Shown piece after piece: positions 18,518 through 28,305 of a stretch of DNA of 64,000 nucleotides. Both the position numbers and the translations under genes were made by a program. The notes under the pieces are model-generated. The model was given only the letters and a program-made list of their open reading frames with translations. It did not search any database and was not told the DNA's origin. Numbering within the stretch: the stretch's first letter is position 1; each line of letters opens with the position of its first letter. Source of the DNA: Candidatus Azambacteria bacterium (GTDB taxonomy: Bacteria > Patescibacteriota > Minisyncoccia > GWC2-36-17 > WO2-46-25); the NCBI GenBank assembly GCA_016234725.1, contig JACRAK010000007.1, forward strand, positions 2,121 to 66,120, in the 5' to 3' direction.

Positions 18518-19947
18518 CGTTTCAGATCAAGCTCACGCTCCTTTTCACCCTTCTCATCGCCGTTCTCATTGGCGGGCTTTTTTATGAGTTCGACACCACG
18601 GTAGAAAGCTATTTGAGAAACACGGCGATCAAAAATTTTCACGCCATCGTTGAAACAAGCGAAGGAGCGTATTTCGCGTTCGCCGATAAAATAAAAACGA
18701 GGACGCTTGACTGGAGCTCGGACGGCGCCATCCGCGCCGCGACAGGGAACATCCTCTCGCTCCCGGAAGGGGAAGAGCATGCGGCTGCCGTAAACAACCT
18801 TGCTCGCTACCTCCGCGAAGAAAAACTGAAACATGATCCCTCGATAAGCATCATCGATATTCTCGATAAAAACGGCATCGTCGTCGTTTCTTCGCGCGCC
18901 GACCGCATCGGCATCGATGAAAAAAAGGAAGAAGAAAAATTCCACGCGCACCGATTCAGCGAAGCGATCGCTTCGCCATTATTCCGCGAAGTGTTCGTCA
19001 CCAATGTCGTCTATGAGCCCGACGAAGGCATGGAGCCGATGATCCACGCCGTCACGCGCATCTTCTCTGCGGTGAAAGACGCGCAGGGCAACCTCGTGCC
19101 GATGGATGCGGTGATGCTCCTGCACTTCACCAATATCGATGAGCTCGGCAACATACTCTCGGGCCAACAGCAGATCGAGCAGGGCGCGCTCAGCGGACGC
19201 GTGCTGTTTGAATACCTCAAAACCGCCGACATCTACATGGTGAACAAAGACAATCTCATCATCACCCCTTCCCGTTTTGTCGGAGACGCGCTTCTGAAAC
19301 TCCGCGTCAACACGTATCCGGTGAAGGCGTGCCTTGAGGAAGGGCGTGAGATCGCGGGGGAATACACCAACTACCGGGGCATCAGGGTGTTTGGCGCGTC
19401 CATGTGCCTTGTGCGCGACCATACCGTGCTTATTGCGGAAGTGCAAGCAGACGAGATATTGGCGCCGATAAAAGCATTTCGCTCAAAACTCGCGCTTGCG
19501 AGCATTCTTATCGCGCTTGCGGGCGCGCTCGGTGTTTCGCTGTTAAGCCGTTTCTTTTTGAGAAATCTCAAGCCGATCGCACTCGCGGTAAACGAAGTTG
19601 CGCTTGGGAACGCTTCTGTCCGCGCGAAAATAAAAGGGCATGATGAGATCGCACAGGTGGGACTCGTGTTCAACCAGATGCTTGATGCCATTGAAAAAAC
19701 CGGCCGCGAGCTGCAAGACGCGCAAACCAAGCTCACGAGCATCAATACCGATCTTGAACAGCGCGTGAAAGAACGCACCGGGGAGTTGGAACAGCTGAAA
19801 GCGGGTCTTGAACAAACCGTCATGGAACGGACACAGGAAATGAAAGAAAAAATGGAAGAACTCGAAAAATTCAAAAAACTCACCGTCGGCAGAGAATTAA
19901 AAATGATAGAACTTAAAAAAGAGATCGAAATGTTAAAAAATAAGTAG
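18514..19947 (+). CDS. Cache/HAMP membrane sensor with C-terminal coiled coil and no kinase domain
   Basis: Two TM segments, YTNYRGIRVFGA, HAMP DEIAQV, ends VGRELKMIELKKEI. Confidence 0.75.
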   Translation: MTFQIKLTLLFTLLIAVLIGGLFYEFDTTVESYLRNTAIKNFHAIVETSEGAYFAFADKIKTRTLDWSSDGAIRAATGNILSLPEGEEHAAAVNNLARYLREEKLKHDPSISIIDILDKNGIVVVSSRADRIGIDEKKEEEKFHAHRFSEAIASPLFREVFVTNVVYEPDEGMEPMIHAVTRIFSAVKDAQGNLVPMDAVMLLHFTNIDELGNILSGQQQIEQGALSGRVLFEYLKTADIYMVNKDNLIITPSRFVGDALLKLRVNTYPVKACLEEGREIAGEYTNYRGIRVFGASMCLVRDHTVLIAEVQADEILAPIKAFRSKLALASILIALAGALGVSLLSRFFLRNLKPIALAVNEVALGNASVRAKIKGHDEIAQVGLVFNQMLDAIEKTGRELQDAQTKLTSINTDLEQRVKERTGELEQLKAGLEQTVMERTQEMKEKMEELEKFKKLTVGRELKMIELKKEIEMLKNK

Positions 19948-19972
19948 CGATGCGAATATACGAATTATACTA

Positions 19973-20374
19973 ATGATACAAATAGCTGAAAAGAAAAATA
20001 AAATTATATGTCCGGAGTTGTCCTATTTATTAACCGGTATTTGTTTTGATGTTCACAACACAAAAGGGAGGTTTTTAAGAGAAAAACAATATGGGGATGA
20101 AATTGAATTACGATTAAAAGAAGCGGGCTTGCCTTATATACGAGAAGCTTCAATCGAAAAAACAGGCAATATTATAGATTTTATTATTGATGAGAAAATT
20201 ATTTTAGAAATTAAAGCAAAACGGCTTTTAGAAAAAGGGGATTTTTACCAAACCCAACGCTATTTGCAAATAACAAATTTTAAACTTGGGCTTTTAGTAA
20301 ATTTTCGCAATCGTTATCTAAAACCAGTAAGGATTATTAAGATAGAAACAGACAATAGGCATAAATTTGTATAA
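19973..20374 (+). CDS. GxxExxY family protein (PD-(D/E)xK nuclease-like)
   Basis: VHNTKGRFLREKQY, DFIIDEKIILEIK, GLLVNF; AT-rich; 26-bp terminal inverted repeats. Confidence 0.85.
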   Translation: MIQIAEKKNKIICPELSYLLTGICFDVHNTKGRFLREKQYGDEIELRLKEAGLPYIREASIEKTGNIIDFIIDEKIILEIKAKRLLEKGDFYQTQRYLQITNFKLGLLVNFRNRYLKPVRIIKIETDNRHKFV

Positions 20375-20418
20375 TTCGCATAATTCGTATATTCGCATCG
20401 CTACTCTTAATAAAATAT

Positions 20419-20919
20419 ATGGCCCAACAAAACGACGTATTGAAAAAAATAACCCCGCGAAATCCGGCCGACCTCGCGCTCGCGAACCTCATGCCGCGCC
20501 GCCCCACGATGGGCCCCGATGTACCGGTCGTATTGTGGCGGGTATTGCGCCTGGTAAGCTTGCACGACATACTCGGAGATGAAACGCCGGCCATCGCATA
20601 TCTTATGGGTAAGCGCCTCGGCGCCATGCTCGGCGCGAAAACCATCGAAGAACTGCACGAACAGCTCACCCGGATGAAGATCGGCAGGCTTGATCTTTCC
20701 GTGAACACGCCCGATGCCGTGCATCTTGCGATCGGCGAATGCCTCACGTGCGACGGCATCACGCCGCCTATCGGCAGGGCGATATGCCAGCTTGAAGCGG
20801 GCGTCATCGCGGGGGCGCTTGAGACCATCTATCCGGGGAGAAAGGCCGCGGGCGAAGAAACAAAATGCATCGGCGGGCTTGGCGATGACGTGTGTCTTAT
20901 TGAATGCCGCATTATTTAG
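20419..20919 (+). CDS. V4R (4-vinyl reductase) domain protein
   Basis: ECLTCDG, ICQLEAGVIAG, ETKCIGGLGDDVC. Confidence 0.85.
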   Translation: MAQQNDVLKKITPRNPADLALANLMPRRPTMGPDVPVVLWRVLRLVSLHDILGDETPAIAYLMGKRLGAMLGAKTIEELHEQLTRMKIGRLDLSVNTPDAVHLAIGECLTCDGITPPIGRAICQLEAGVIAGALETIYPGRKAAGEETKCIGGLGDDVCLIECRII

Positions 20920-20924
20920 CCCTT

Positions 20925-22280
20925 ATGAAAGAGCACCCTTCCGCGCCCCTCAGCGCGGCACAGCGCGAGATAGAGCGCGTCAAGATCGTCTATGAAGAAG
21001 ACGCTATGGCGCGCCGGGTACGCGCCCAAGCCGAGGAACGACTTCATGAAAAAAGGATCGAAGATCAATCGCTGCGGCTTAAAAGCAAAATGGAGGAATT
21101 GCGCGATGGCGAGATCGCCACGCTCAACATCCTCGAAGACACGCGCGAGCTGGAGCTCACGCTGGAATCAGAGCGCGACCGGCTTTCCCATATTATCGCA
21201 TCCATGAACGAAGGATTAGTGTTCATCGATAACGCATATCGCATCATTCTTGCCAACCCTGTCGCGGCTAACATGCTTGAGATCGCCGTGGAAAAAGCAC
21301 CCGGCATAAATCTGATCGACATCACCACCCTCTGGAAGGGAAACAAAAAACTTTCCACCGAAGAGCGGTTCAGCACGAAAGCACTGACGACCGGCAAGCC
21401 CGTTTTTGCCTCGCTCGCAGATGATATTTTTATAGAGACGCAGAGCGGAAGAAAATTCCCTGTCGCGTTCATGATCTCTCCGCTCACCGAGAAAAACGAC
21501 GCGACAGAAGCGGTGATAGTGTTTCGCGACATCACCGAAGAAAAAAATCTTGCTGAAGCGCAGAAGAGCTTCGCATCGGTCGCGTCGCATCAGCTCCGCA
21601 CGCCGCTCACCGCCGTCCAATGGAATCTTGAACTCCTGATGGGCAAAGAAGTGGGAACGCTCACCGACAAACAAAAACAATTCGCCCTCGATGCATATGA
21701 AGGAGCGGAAAAGCTCGTCGAAACGATCAACCTGCTTCTTTCGCTCACGCGGGTGGAAAGCGGATTTGTTCAAATAGATCCTTCGCCGATCGCGATCCCT
21801 GATTTCATGCGCGCCATTGCGGATGAGCTCGCGCCGCTTGCCGCCCAAAAAGAACTTACGCTCACCATGCGTGAGCCCCAAGATCCGATACCGCACATCA
21901 TGCTTGATGCGCCCATGCTCCGTGAAGTTGCCGTGAACATTCTTTCAAACGCGATCCGCTATTCCAACCCGGGAGGCGCGGTGGAGGTGGCATTCGAAAC
22001 AAGCGATAGCGCCGTCACGATATCGGTGAAAGACAACGGTATCGGGATCCCCGCGGCGCAGCATTCCCGCATCTTTGAAAAATTCTTCCGTGCGGACAAC
22101 GCCATCCGCAAAACCGCGGACGGCACGGGGCTCGGCCTCAACCTCGCCAAAGCGCTCGTCACGCTGTGGCACGGTACGCTATGGTTTGCATCAGAAGAAG
22201 GAAAGGGCACGACGTTCTATTTCACCATTCCCTACGAAGGCATAAAAGAAAAGCGCGAAGGAAAATCACTTGTCATGTGA
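20925..22280 (+). CDS. Cytoplasmic PAS histidine kinase
   Basis: N-terminal coiled coil with ATLNILED, PAS, SHQLRTPL, GTGLGL; no TM segment. Confidence 0.9.
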   Translation: MKEHPSAPLSAAQREIERVKIVYEEDAMARRVRAQAEERLHEKRIEDQSLRLKSKMEELRDGEIATLNILEDTRELELTLESERDRLSHIIASMNEGLVFIDNAYRIILANPVAANMLEIAVEKAPGINLIDITTLWKGNKKLSTEERFSTKALTTGKPVFASLADDIFIETQSGRKFPVAFMISPLTEKNDATEAVIVFRDITEEKNLAEAQKSFASVASHQLRTPLTAVQWNLELLMGKEVGTLTDKQKQFALDAYEGAEKLVETINLLLSLTRVESGFVQIDPSPIAIPDFMRAIADELAPLAAQKELTLTMREPQDPIPHIMLDAPMLREVAVNILSNAIRYSNPGGAVEVAFETSDSAVTISVKDNGIGIPAAQHSRIFEKFFRADNAIRKTADGTGLGLNLAKALVTLWHGTLWFASEEGKGTTFYFTIPYEGIKEKREGKSLVM

Positions 22281-22305
22281 TCCCTATTGGAACTACTATT
22301 AATCT

Positions 22306-22557
22306 ATGACCGACACAAAAAATCTTATCGCCGCCTGCATCACCGCGCACATGCATGTGCTCGGGCCTGTCGCCGCACTCGCGCTCGCGCGAAAAATAGC
22401 ATCGCTGACCATAGCCGACAACGGCGACGTGCTTGCGATCGCTGACAACCCCGAAGCGGCGCTGGAAGAACTCAAAAACGCGTATCTCTCCTTTGCGCAA
22501 GAAGCATCACGGGCGATCCTGCGCGCCCTCGCGCAAAAACACCCGCCACTGCCTTAA
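22306..22557 (+). CDS. Small hypothetical protein
   Basis: 83-aa ORF in operon orientation (VLGPVAALALARK). Confidence 0.6.
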   Translation: MTDTKNLIAACITAHMHVLGPVAALALARKIASLTIADNGDVLAIADNPEAALEELKNAYLSFAQEASRAILRALAQKHPPLP

Positions 22558-22627
22558 CTGTTACCGATCTTCCGTCGTCCGACGACCGAATGCCCCGTTG
22601 TTCGAGATCGGACTCCAAATACTGAAA

Positions 22628-24085
22628 ATGACACGTCATAGAGCGCTGCAATTTCTCGCGTTTCTCGCATTGACGATACCAGCGCTCCCGCCGGCGCTTT
22701 TTCCCTTCTTTCAACCCTACACCTTCGGCAAAACAACGTTGTTTGAGATCATCGTCGAAGCGATGGCGTTGGTATGGCTTTCCACACGGCTCTTCCGCGC
22801 ATGGACGATCTTCACGAGACCGTATCTCGTGAAAATTGCCCTGCTGACTTTTGCGGTCGCCGCAACGCTTTCCACTCTTTTTGCGGATAATCCCGTGACA
22901 AGCTTCTGGGGATCAAGCGCGCGGATGGACGGCCTGTTCACGCTCTTTCATTTCGTTATATTCTTTTTCATGCTCGCCGCATCATTCGCTGAAAACGCAT
23001 GGCGCCGCCTTATGCAGGTTTCCGTAGGCGCGGGGACATTTGCGGCGCTGTATGGCATCGCGCAATGGTTTGGCGCGCCGTTTGTTGTAGCAAGCGGGGG
23101 GGAGATATTCGGGACGCTCGGCAACCCGTCATATCTCGCGCTGTATCTTTTGTTCACCGTCTTCCTTGCGCACCATCTCGCACAACAAGAAAGCAAACGA
23201 GAAACCGCTATCCTTTTGTATTGTGCGGCGGCGATACAGGTCATCGCGCTGCTGCTTACGCAGGTGCAGGCGGCAACGCTCGCGCTTGCGGCCGGCGCGC
23301 TTGTTGCGGCATATCCGCATATCCGCGCACGCATCACCCTCACGCGCAGCGCTGTCGCGCTCATAAGCATAGGCGCGCTTATCTTTTTATTTTCTTTCAG
23401 CGCGAATTTTGCGAAGCTCGCTTCGTTGTCGGAAGGAGGCGCGTCACTGTACAATAGAATTGCGGTGTGGCGCATCGCACTCTCAGGCATCGCGGAAAAA
23501 CCGCTTTTCGGCCACGGAGCAAATAATTTTGAGTCGTATTACCTTGCGCAAAAAAATATGGGGGGCGTCCCTCTTCCGGCAACAGGCGAAACATTCGACA
23601 AACCGCACAACGCATATCTTGAACTCGCGTTTTCCTACGGCATCGTCGGGCTTGCCGCATATCTTTTTTTTGTGGGGATGATCATACGCCGCGCGCGGGC
23701 GTTTCCCGCGCTTTGGGGCGCGCTTATGAGTTATCTCGCGTTTCTCTTTTTCTTTTTTGACACGTTCGCATCGCTTCTTGTGTTCTTTTTTGTCGCGGCA
23801 TTTCTGTTCTCTTCTTCTCCCGAAGAGAACAGTGATAGCGCTGTACAAAAAACCGTTTCTCCTTTTACTCTTGTCGCAGGCGGCATCGCGCTTGCGGCGA
23901 TCTTTTTCACATTTCATTTCAGGCCGCTCTATTCCGCATACTTTGCCCGTCAATTTCTCATGCAAACAGCAACAACGCAAACCTCCAATGAGACGCTCAA
24001 AGCAAAGGCACTTCGGCACCATGCCTTTAACGCTCCTTTTATCGAACGCGCCATCTTGCTTGCCGAGCGTGTGATTAAAAAATAA
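22628..24085 (+). CDS. O-antigen ligase / O-oligosaccharyltransferase-like membrane protein
   Basis: Multiple TMs, GTLGNP, R..VW...KPLFGHGANNF, DKPHNAYLE. Confidence 0.85.
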   Translation: MTRHRALQFLAFLALTIPALPPALFPFFQPYTFGKTTLFEIIVEAMALVWLSTRLFRAWTIFTRPYLVKIALLTFAVAATLSTLFADNPVTSFWGSSARMDGLFTLFHFVIFFFMLAASFAENAWRRLMQVSVGAGTFAALYGIAQWFGAPFVVASGGEIFGTLGNPSYLALYLLFTVFLAHHLAQQESKRETAILLYCAAAIQVIALLLTQVQAATLALAAGALVAAYPHIRARITLTRSAVALISIGALIFLFSFSANFAKLASLSEGGASLYNRIAVWRIALSGIAEKPLFGHGANNFESYYLAQKNMGGVPLPATGETFDKPHNAYLELAFSYGIVGLAAYLFFVGMIIRRARAFPALWGALMSYLAFLFFFFDTFASLLVFFFVAAFLFSSSPEENSDSAVQKTVSPFTLVAGGIALAAIFFTFHFRPLYSAYFARQFLMQTATTQTSNETLKAKALRHHAFNAPFIERAILLAERVIKK

Positions 24086-24109
24086 GCGGAAGGAATGTGT
24101 AATACAATT

Positions 24110-24143
24110 ATCACAAACTCACGCATACGCGTGAGTTTGTGAT
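24110..24143. repeat. Palindrome family B, copy 3 (solo)
   Basis: ATCACAAACTCACGC-ATAC-GCGTGAGTTTGTGAT; flank AAGGAAT.TGTAATACA shared with copy 1. Confidence 0.9.
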
Positions 24144-24225
24144 TTATCTTGTTCTTTTGCAAAAATCAACGATACGCAATCCACAGAAAGAAAAAAGGTA
24201 ATGATTATGCTATACTGAAAACACC

Positions 24226-24615
24226 ATGGAGAAGAAGGACGCGAAAATACTGATCGTCGAAGATGACATCATGCTCAATAAAATATATCAAACCAAGCTT
24301 ACTCTGCTTGGGTATCAAGTGCTGGCCGCATACGACGGGGACGAAGGGCTTACGATGATGGGGGAGCACCAGCCGCATTTGGTGCTTCTTGACCTCATGC
24401 TCCCCAAAAAGAACGGGTTTGAAGTGCTTGAAGCGGCAAAGCAAGACGTGAAGATAAGCCGTATCCCCGTTATCATCCTTTCCAACCTCGGGCAGGGGGG
24501 GGACATCCAAAAAGGCATGGAGCTTGGCGCGGTCGATTTTCTCGTGAAAAGCAACGTAAAGCTGGAAGCGGTTGTGGATAAAATAGGAATTGTTTTGCAA
24601 AAGTACTATGGGTAG
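24226..24615 (+). CDS. Single-domain response regulator
   Basis: ILIVEDD, LLDLMLP, ILSN. Confidence 0.9.
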   Translation: MEKKDAKILIVEDDIMLNKIYQTKLTLLGYQVLAAYDGDEGLTMMGEHQPHLVLLDLMLPKKNGFEVLEAAKQDVKISRIPVIILSNLGQGGDIQKGMELGAVDFLVKSNVKLEAVVDKIGIVLQKYYG

Positions 24616-24633
24616 GGTATACTATTAACTAAC

Positions 24634-24675
24634 CCATTCGATAGACTCAGGGTTAGTCCTGAGTGCAGTCGAAGG
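24634..24675. repeat. REP-like hairpin upstream of pilin
   Basis: TTCGA..ACTCAGG-GTTAGT-CCTGAGT...TCGAA imperfect stem. Confidence 0.55.
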
Positions 24676-24713
24676 ACTAATAACTTTTAACTAACAATTA
24701 ATAACTCACACAC

Positions 24714-25415
24714 ATGGTCCAAACGAATAAAAAAGGATTCACGTTGCTTGAGCTTTTGATCGTCATCACCATTTTGTCGATCCTCACGCTCGTGATAGTC
24801 CTGTTCATTAACCCGGTCGAACTGCTTAAAAAATCACGCGATGTGCAAAGAATGTCCGACCTCGCTACGATGAAAACGGCGATTGCATTATATCTGCAGG
24901 ACAGGTCAACCAACAATTTGGGGGGAGCACCGTACTGCGGCACCGGAACGCTTTCTGACGCCACGCTCGCCGCGACATCTCCGCACATATCGATTGCCGA
25001 CTCCACTCCTGCAACCGGGGCAACTTTTACGACGGGAGGTGTTGCGTGCGCCACCAGCGGCGGATATAACGCAACCACCACTGCTGATCTCTACAAAAAT
25101 AACGGACAAGGATGGATCCCTTACATGGACTTCTCCACATTCACCGGCGGTGCGCCGATCGAAAAGCTTCCCGTTGACCCGACCAATACGGCTACTGCCG
25201 GCACATGTGGGGTAAACAGCTTGTACTATCGCTACGGTTGCAAGACAAACAACACATTCGAGCTTGATGCGACACTTGAAAGCGACACGTATAAATTAGG
25301 CGGAACCGATTCCAAAGTAGAAAAAGACGGTGGTAACAGCGAGATGCGCTTTGAAGTCGGTACTGACTTAAGCATTCTCCCGAGCTCTGCTCCTGTAGGA
25401 TTCTCCGCCCTCTAA
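24714..25415 (+). CDS. Type IV pilin (major pilin candidate)
   Basis: KKG|FTLLELLIV class III signal, RDVQRMSDL, LPVDPTN. Confidence 0.9.
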   Translation: MVQTNKKGFTLLELLIVITILSILTLVIVLFINPVELLKKSRDVQRMSDLATMKTAIALYLQDRSTNNLGGAPYCGTGTLSDATLAATSPHISIADSTPATGATFTTGGVACATSGGYNATTTADLYKNNGQGWIPYMDFSTFTGGAPIEKLPVDPTNTATAGTCGVNSLYYRYGCKTNNTFELDATLESDTYKLGGTDSKVEKDGGNSEMRFEVGTDLSILPSSAPVGFSAL

Positions 25416-25522
25416 CATTTCTCTGATCTCTCCAACCACCCCTCCCATGCTCGCATGCGAGGGGTTTTTGTTTTATTCATGCAAAAAATGGTATAATTGA
25501 AAACACTTAAACCTATACCATT

Positions 25523-26140
25523 ATGTTTTTTTCACTTCTTGATTCCGCGCTTAACTGGGTGCCGCTTGTTGCGGGTGTTGCGGCGATCGTATTTGTATAC
25601 ATCAGACATCGGAAAGGCACGTGCGAGATACGCATCATGAAAAAGGTGGTGCTTTCACTCGCGGGGTTCCTTGCATGCATTGTCGTTTTCAAGATCGCGG
25701 TGCATTATTTCATCCTTCGAAGCGACGCTTCGTTTGGCATTGGCCTTTTGCCGCCGCACACGCCGTTATGGGATTGGTTTGCACCCATGGCGATCGCGCG
25801 CTATGTCTTTCCTTTTGCAGTGGCACTTGCGGCCGCCGGAATTGCGTTTCTTGTCACGCCGCTCGTCAATAAACTATTCAAAGGAGAGCTTTTTGCCGAG
25901 GAAGACAAATACATCGTTGCGCTTGCCGCGCTTATCGTCGGGTGGCCGAACTTTGTGCTGTATTTGGGCGCGGCGGTCATGCTCACCGTGCTGCTTTCTA
26001 TCCGCGAAACGCTGCGGTACGGCATTGAGGCGCGCATCGTACTGACCGACGCACTTATTTTTTCCGTGCCGCTCGTGCTGTTATTCGGCGACATCGTCGC
26101 GCCGCATCTGTATCTGTACAAACTTACTATCTTCGCATAA
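25523..26140 (+). CDS. Membrane protein resembling the C-terminal part of an A24 prepilin peptidase
   Basis: Multi-TM; FAEEDKY...LIVGWP resembles the GxGD...GW region; pilus-locus context. Confidence 0.45.
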   Translation: MFFSLLDSALNWVPLVAGVAAIVFVYIRHRKGTCEIRIMKKVVLSLAGFLACIVVFKIAVHYFILRSDASFGIGLLPPHTPLWDWFAPMAIARYVFPFAVALAAAGIAFLVTPLVNKLFKGELFAEEDKYIVALAALIVGWPNFVLYLGAAVMLTVLLSIRETLRYGIEARIVLTDALIFSVPLVLLFGDIVAPHLYLYKLTIFA

Positions 26141-26143
26141 CGC

Positions 26144-27856
26144 ATGCATATTTCTGAGGCGAACCTCAAAAAGATCGTCGTCGCATCGGGCATCATCTCT
26201 GATGCGCAATTTGAAGCGGCGCGGCAGGAAGCGCTGCGGTCAAACCGCACCATCGGCAACGTACTCATCGGCAAAGGAGATATCACGGAAAATTATTTCG
26301 CCGAGATCGTCGCGAACTATTTTGCCGTGCCCATCGTGAATTTCCAGGCCGCGCCGCCCGATGACGCCGCGCTTCACTTGCTCCCCGAACAATTCTCGAA
26401 AGCAAAACGCATCGCGCTGTTTGCCATCGATCATGAGAAAAAAACGGCAAAGCTCGCGATGGAAGACCCGGGCGACCTTAAAACCATCGACCTTGTTGCC
26501 GCAAAATTCGATATGCGCGTTGAGCCGCATCTCGCCACATCGTTATCGATGAAGGTCGCTTTTAAAGAATACAAGAAAGATATTTACAAAGAATTCAACA
26601 CGATCATCGAGGAGTCCATCAAGGAAGCGCTTGCGGCGGGCAACGTCAAAGACATCGGGAAAATGGCCGAGCATGTGCCCATCATCGCCATCACCGACGG
26701 ACTCATGGAGTACGCGGTCGCGCTCGGCGCATCCGATATTCATATCGAACGCCTGCCGGAAAAAGTGCTCGTGCGCTACCGCATCGACGGCATCCTGCGC
26801 GACATCGTGGAACTCCCCAAAGAGATCGACGACGCCATCATCGCCCGCATCAAAATACTTTCAAGCCTCCAGATCGATGTCCACTTCACGCCGCAAGACG
26901 GCCGGTTCAAGTTCAAACTTGAAGACCAATCCATCGACGTACGCGTATCCGTCATGCCCACGTTCTACGGCGAAAAAGTGGTCATGCGCCTCCTCCGCGG
27001 CTCGATCCGTCCTTTGAACCTTGCCGAACTCGGCATATCCGAACGGGACATCGCCACTATCAATGAAGCCATCAAACGGACGTTCGGCATGATCCTCATC
27101 ACCGGCCCGACCGGCTCAGGTAAGACCACCACGCTGTATGCGATACTCCACAAGCTCAATACGCCGACGGTCAACATCGCCACGATCGAAGACCCTATCG
27201 AGTACGACGTCGAGCGCATCAACCAAACACAGGTGAACCCCAAAGCCGGCATCACCTTCGCCAACGGCCTGCGCAGCTTGATGCGCCAGAACCCCGACAT
27301 CATCATGGTGGGGGAGATCCGCGACGAAGAAACCGTTTCTATTTCACTCAACGCCGCGATGACCGGCCACCTTGTGCTTTCCACACTCCACACCAACGAC
27401 GCGCCCACCGCGATCCCGCGGTTCATCGATATGGGCGGCGAGCCGTTCCTTGTGGCAAACACGCTCAATGTCATCATCGCCCAGCGGCTCGTACGCCGCA
27501 TCTGCACCGTCTGCGTTTCAAGCTATACGCCGACACCAGAAGCGAAAGAATCCATGAAAAAACAGCTTGCGCTCTACCATGCCGACCCCGCCCGCATCAA
27601 GATCCCTTCCCAGCTATACAAAGGAAAAGGGTGTCAGGCATGTTCAGGCACCGGCTATTCGGGACAGATCGGGATCTTTGAGGTGCTCAATGTAAGTCCG
27701 CGCATCAGAGAACTTATCAAACCGGGCGTTGCCATCGACCAATTGCGCGCGGTCGCCGAGGAAGAAGGGATGCGCCGCATGTTCGAGGACGGCCTCGCAA
27801 AAGCGGAGGCCGGCGCCACCACCATCGAAGAAGTGTTCAGGGTCATTATGGAGTAA
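26144..27856 (+). CDS. pilB: Type IV pilus assembly ATPase (PilB/GspE)
   Basis: GASDIHIE, GPTGSGKTTT, EDPIE, RQNPDIIMVGEIRD, CxxC pairs. Confidence 0.95.
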   Translation: MHISEANLKKIVVASGIISDAQFEAARQEALRSNRTIGNVLIGKGDITENYFAEIVANYFAVPIVNFQAAPPDDAALHLLPEQFSKAKRIALFAIDHEKKTAKLAMEDPGDLKTIDLVAAKFDMRVEPHLATSLSMKVAFKEYKKDIYKEFNTIIEESIKEALAAGNVKDIGKMAEHVPIIAITDGLMEYAVALGASDIHIERLPEKVLVRYRIDGILRDIVELPKEIDDAIIARIKILSSLQIDVHFTPQDGRFKFKLEDQSIDVRVSVMPTFYGEKVVMRLLRGSIRPLNLAELGISERDIATINEAIKRTFGMILITGPTGSGKTTTLYAILHKLNTPTVNIATIEDPIEYDVERINQTQVNPKAGITFANGLRSLMRQNPDIIMVGEIRDEETVSISLNAAMTGHLVLSTLHTNDAPTAIPRFIDMGGEPFLVANTLNVIIAQRLVRRICTVCVSSYTPTPEAKESMKKQLALYHADPARIKIPSQLYKGKGCQACSGTGYSGQIGIFEVLNVSPRIRELIKPGVAIDQLRAVAEEEGMRRMFEDGLAKAEAGATTIEEVFRVIME

Positions 27857-27897
27857 CTCCCAACTAATAACTAACAACTTATAACAAATAACACACT

Positions 27898-28257
27898 GTG
27901 GAGGCTTTCCGATTCAAAAACTGGAGCGTTTATAAAGAAGCAAAGGCCTTATTCATGTCTGTCGTAAAAATAACACACGAGCTACCCAGTGAATACAGAT
28001 ACACAATAGGCGACCAAATGATCCGCTCGGGGCTATCAATCGTTTTAAACATTGCGGAAGGAAGCGGTAAAGAATCGGACAAGGAATTGAACAGATATTT
28101 CAACATCGCCATGGGTTCGACCAATGAAACGCTTGCGGTTATTGATGTCCTTAGCGATCTTCGTATAGCGGATGAAAAGAAAATGGAAGAAGCAGAAAAG
28201 TTATGCGTAAGCATTTCGAAACAGCTTGGCGGATTTAAAAAGAAGTTAAAAAAATAA
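27898..28257 (+). CDS. Four-helix-bundle protein (23S rRNA IVP/bAvd-like family)
   Basis: DQMIRSGLSIVLNIAEGSG...YFNIAMGSTNE. Confidence 0.9.
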   Translation: MEAFRFKNWSVYKEAKALFMSVVKITHELPSEYRYTIGDQMIRSGLSIVLNIAEGSGKESDKELNRYFNIAMGSTNETLAVIDVLSDLRIADEKKMEEAEKLCVSISKQLGGFKKKLKK

Positions 28258-28305
28258 GTCCACGTAAGTTATCAGTTAATGGTTATAAGTTTTTAGTTAA
28301 CGGCC

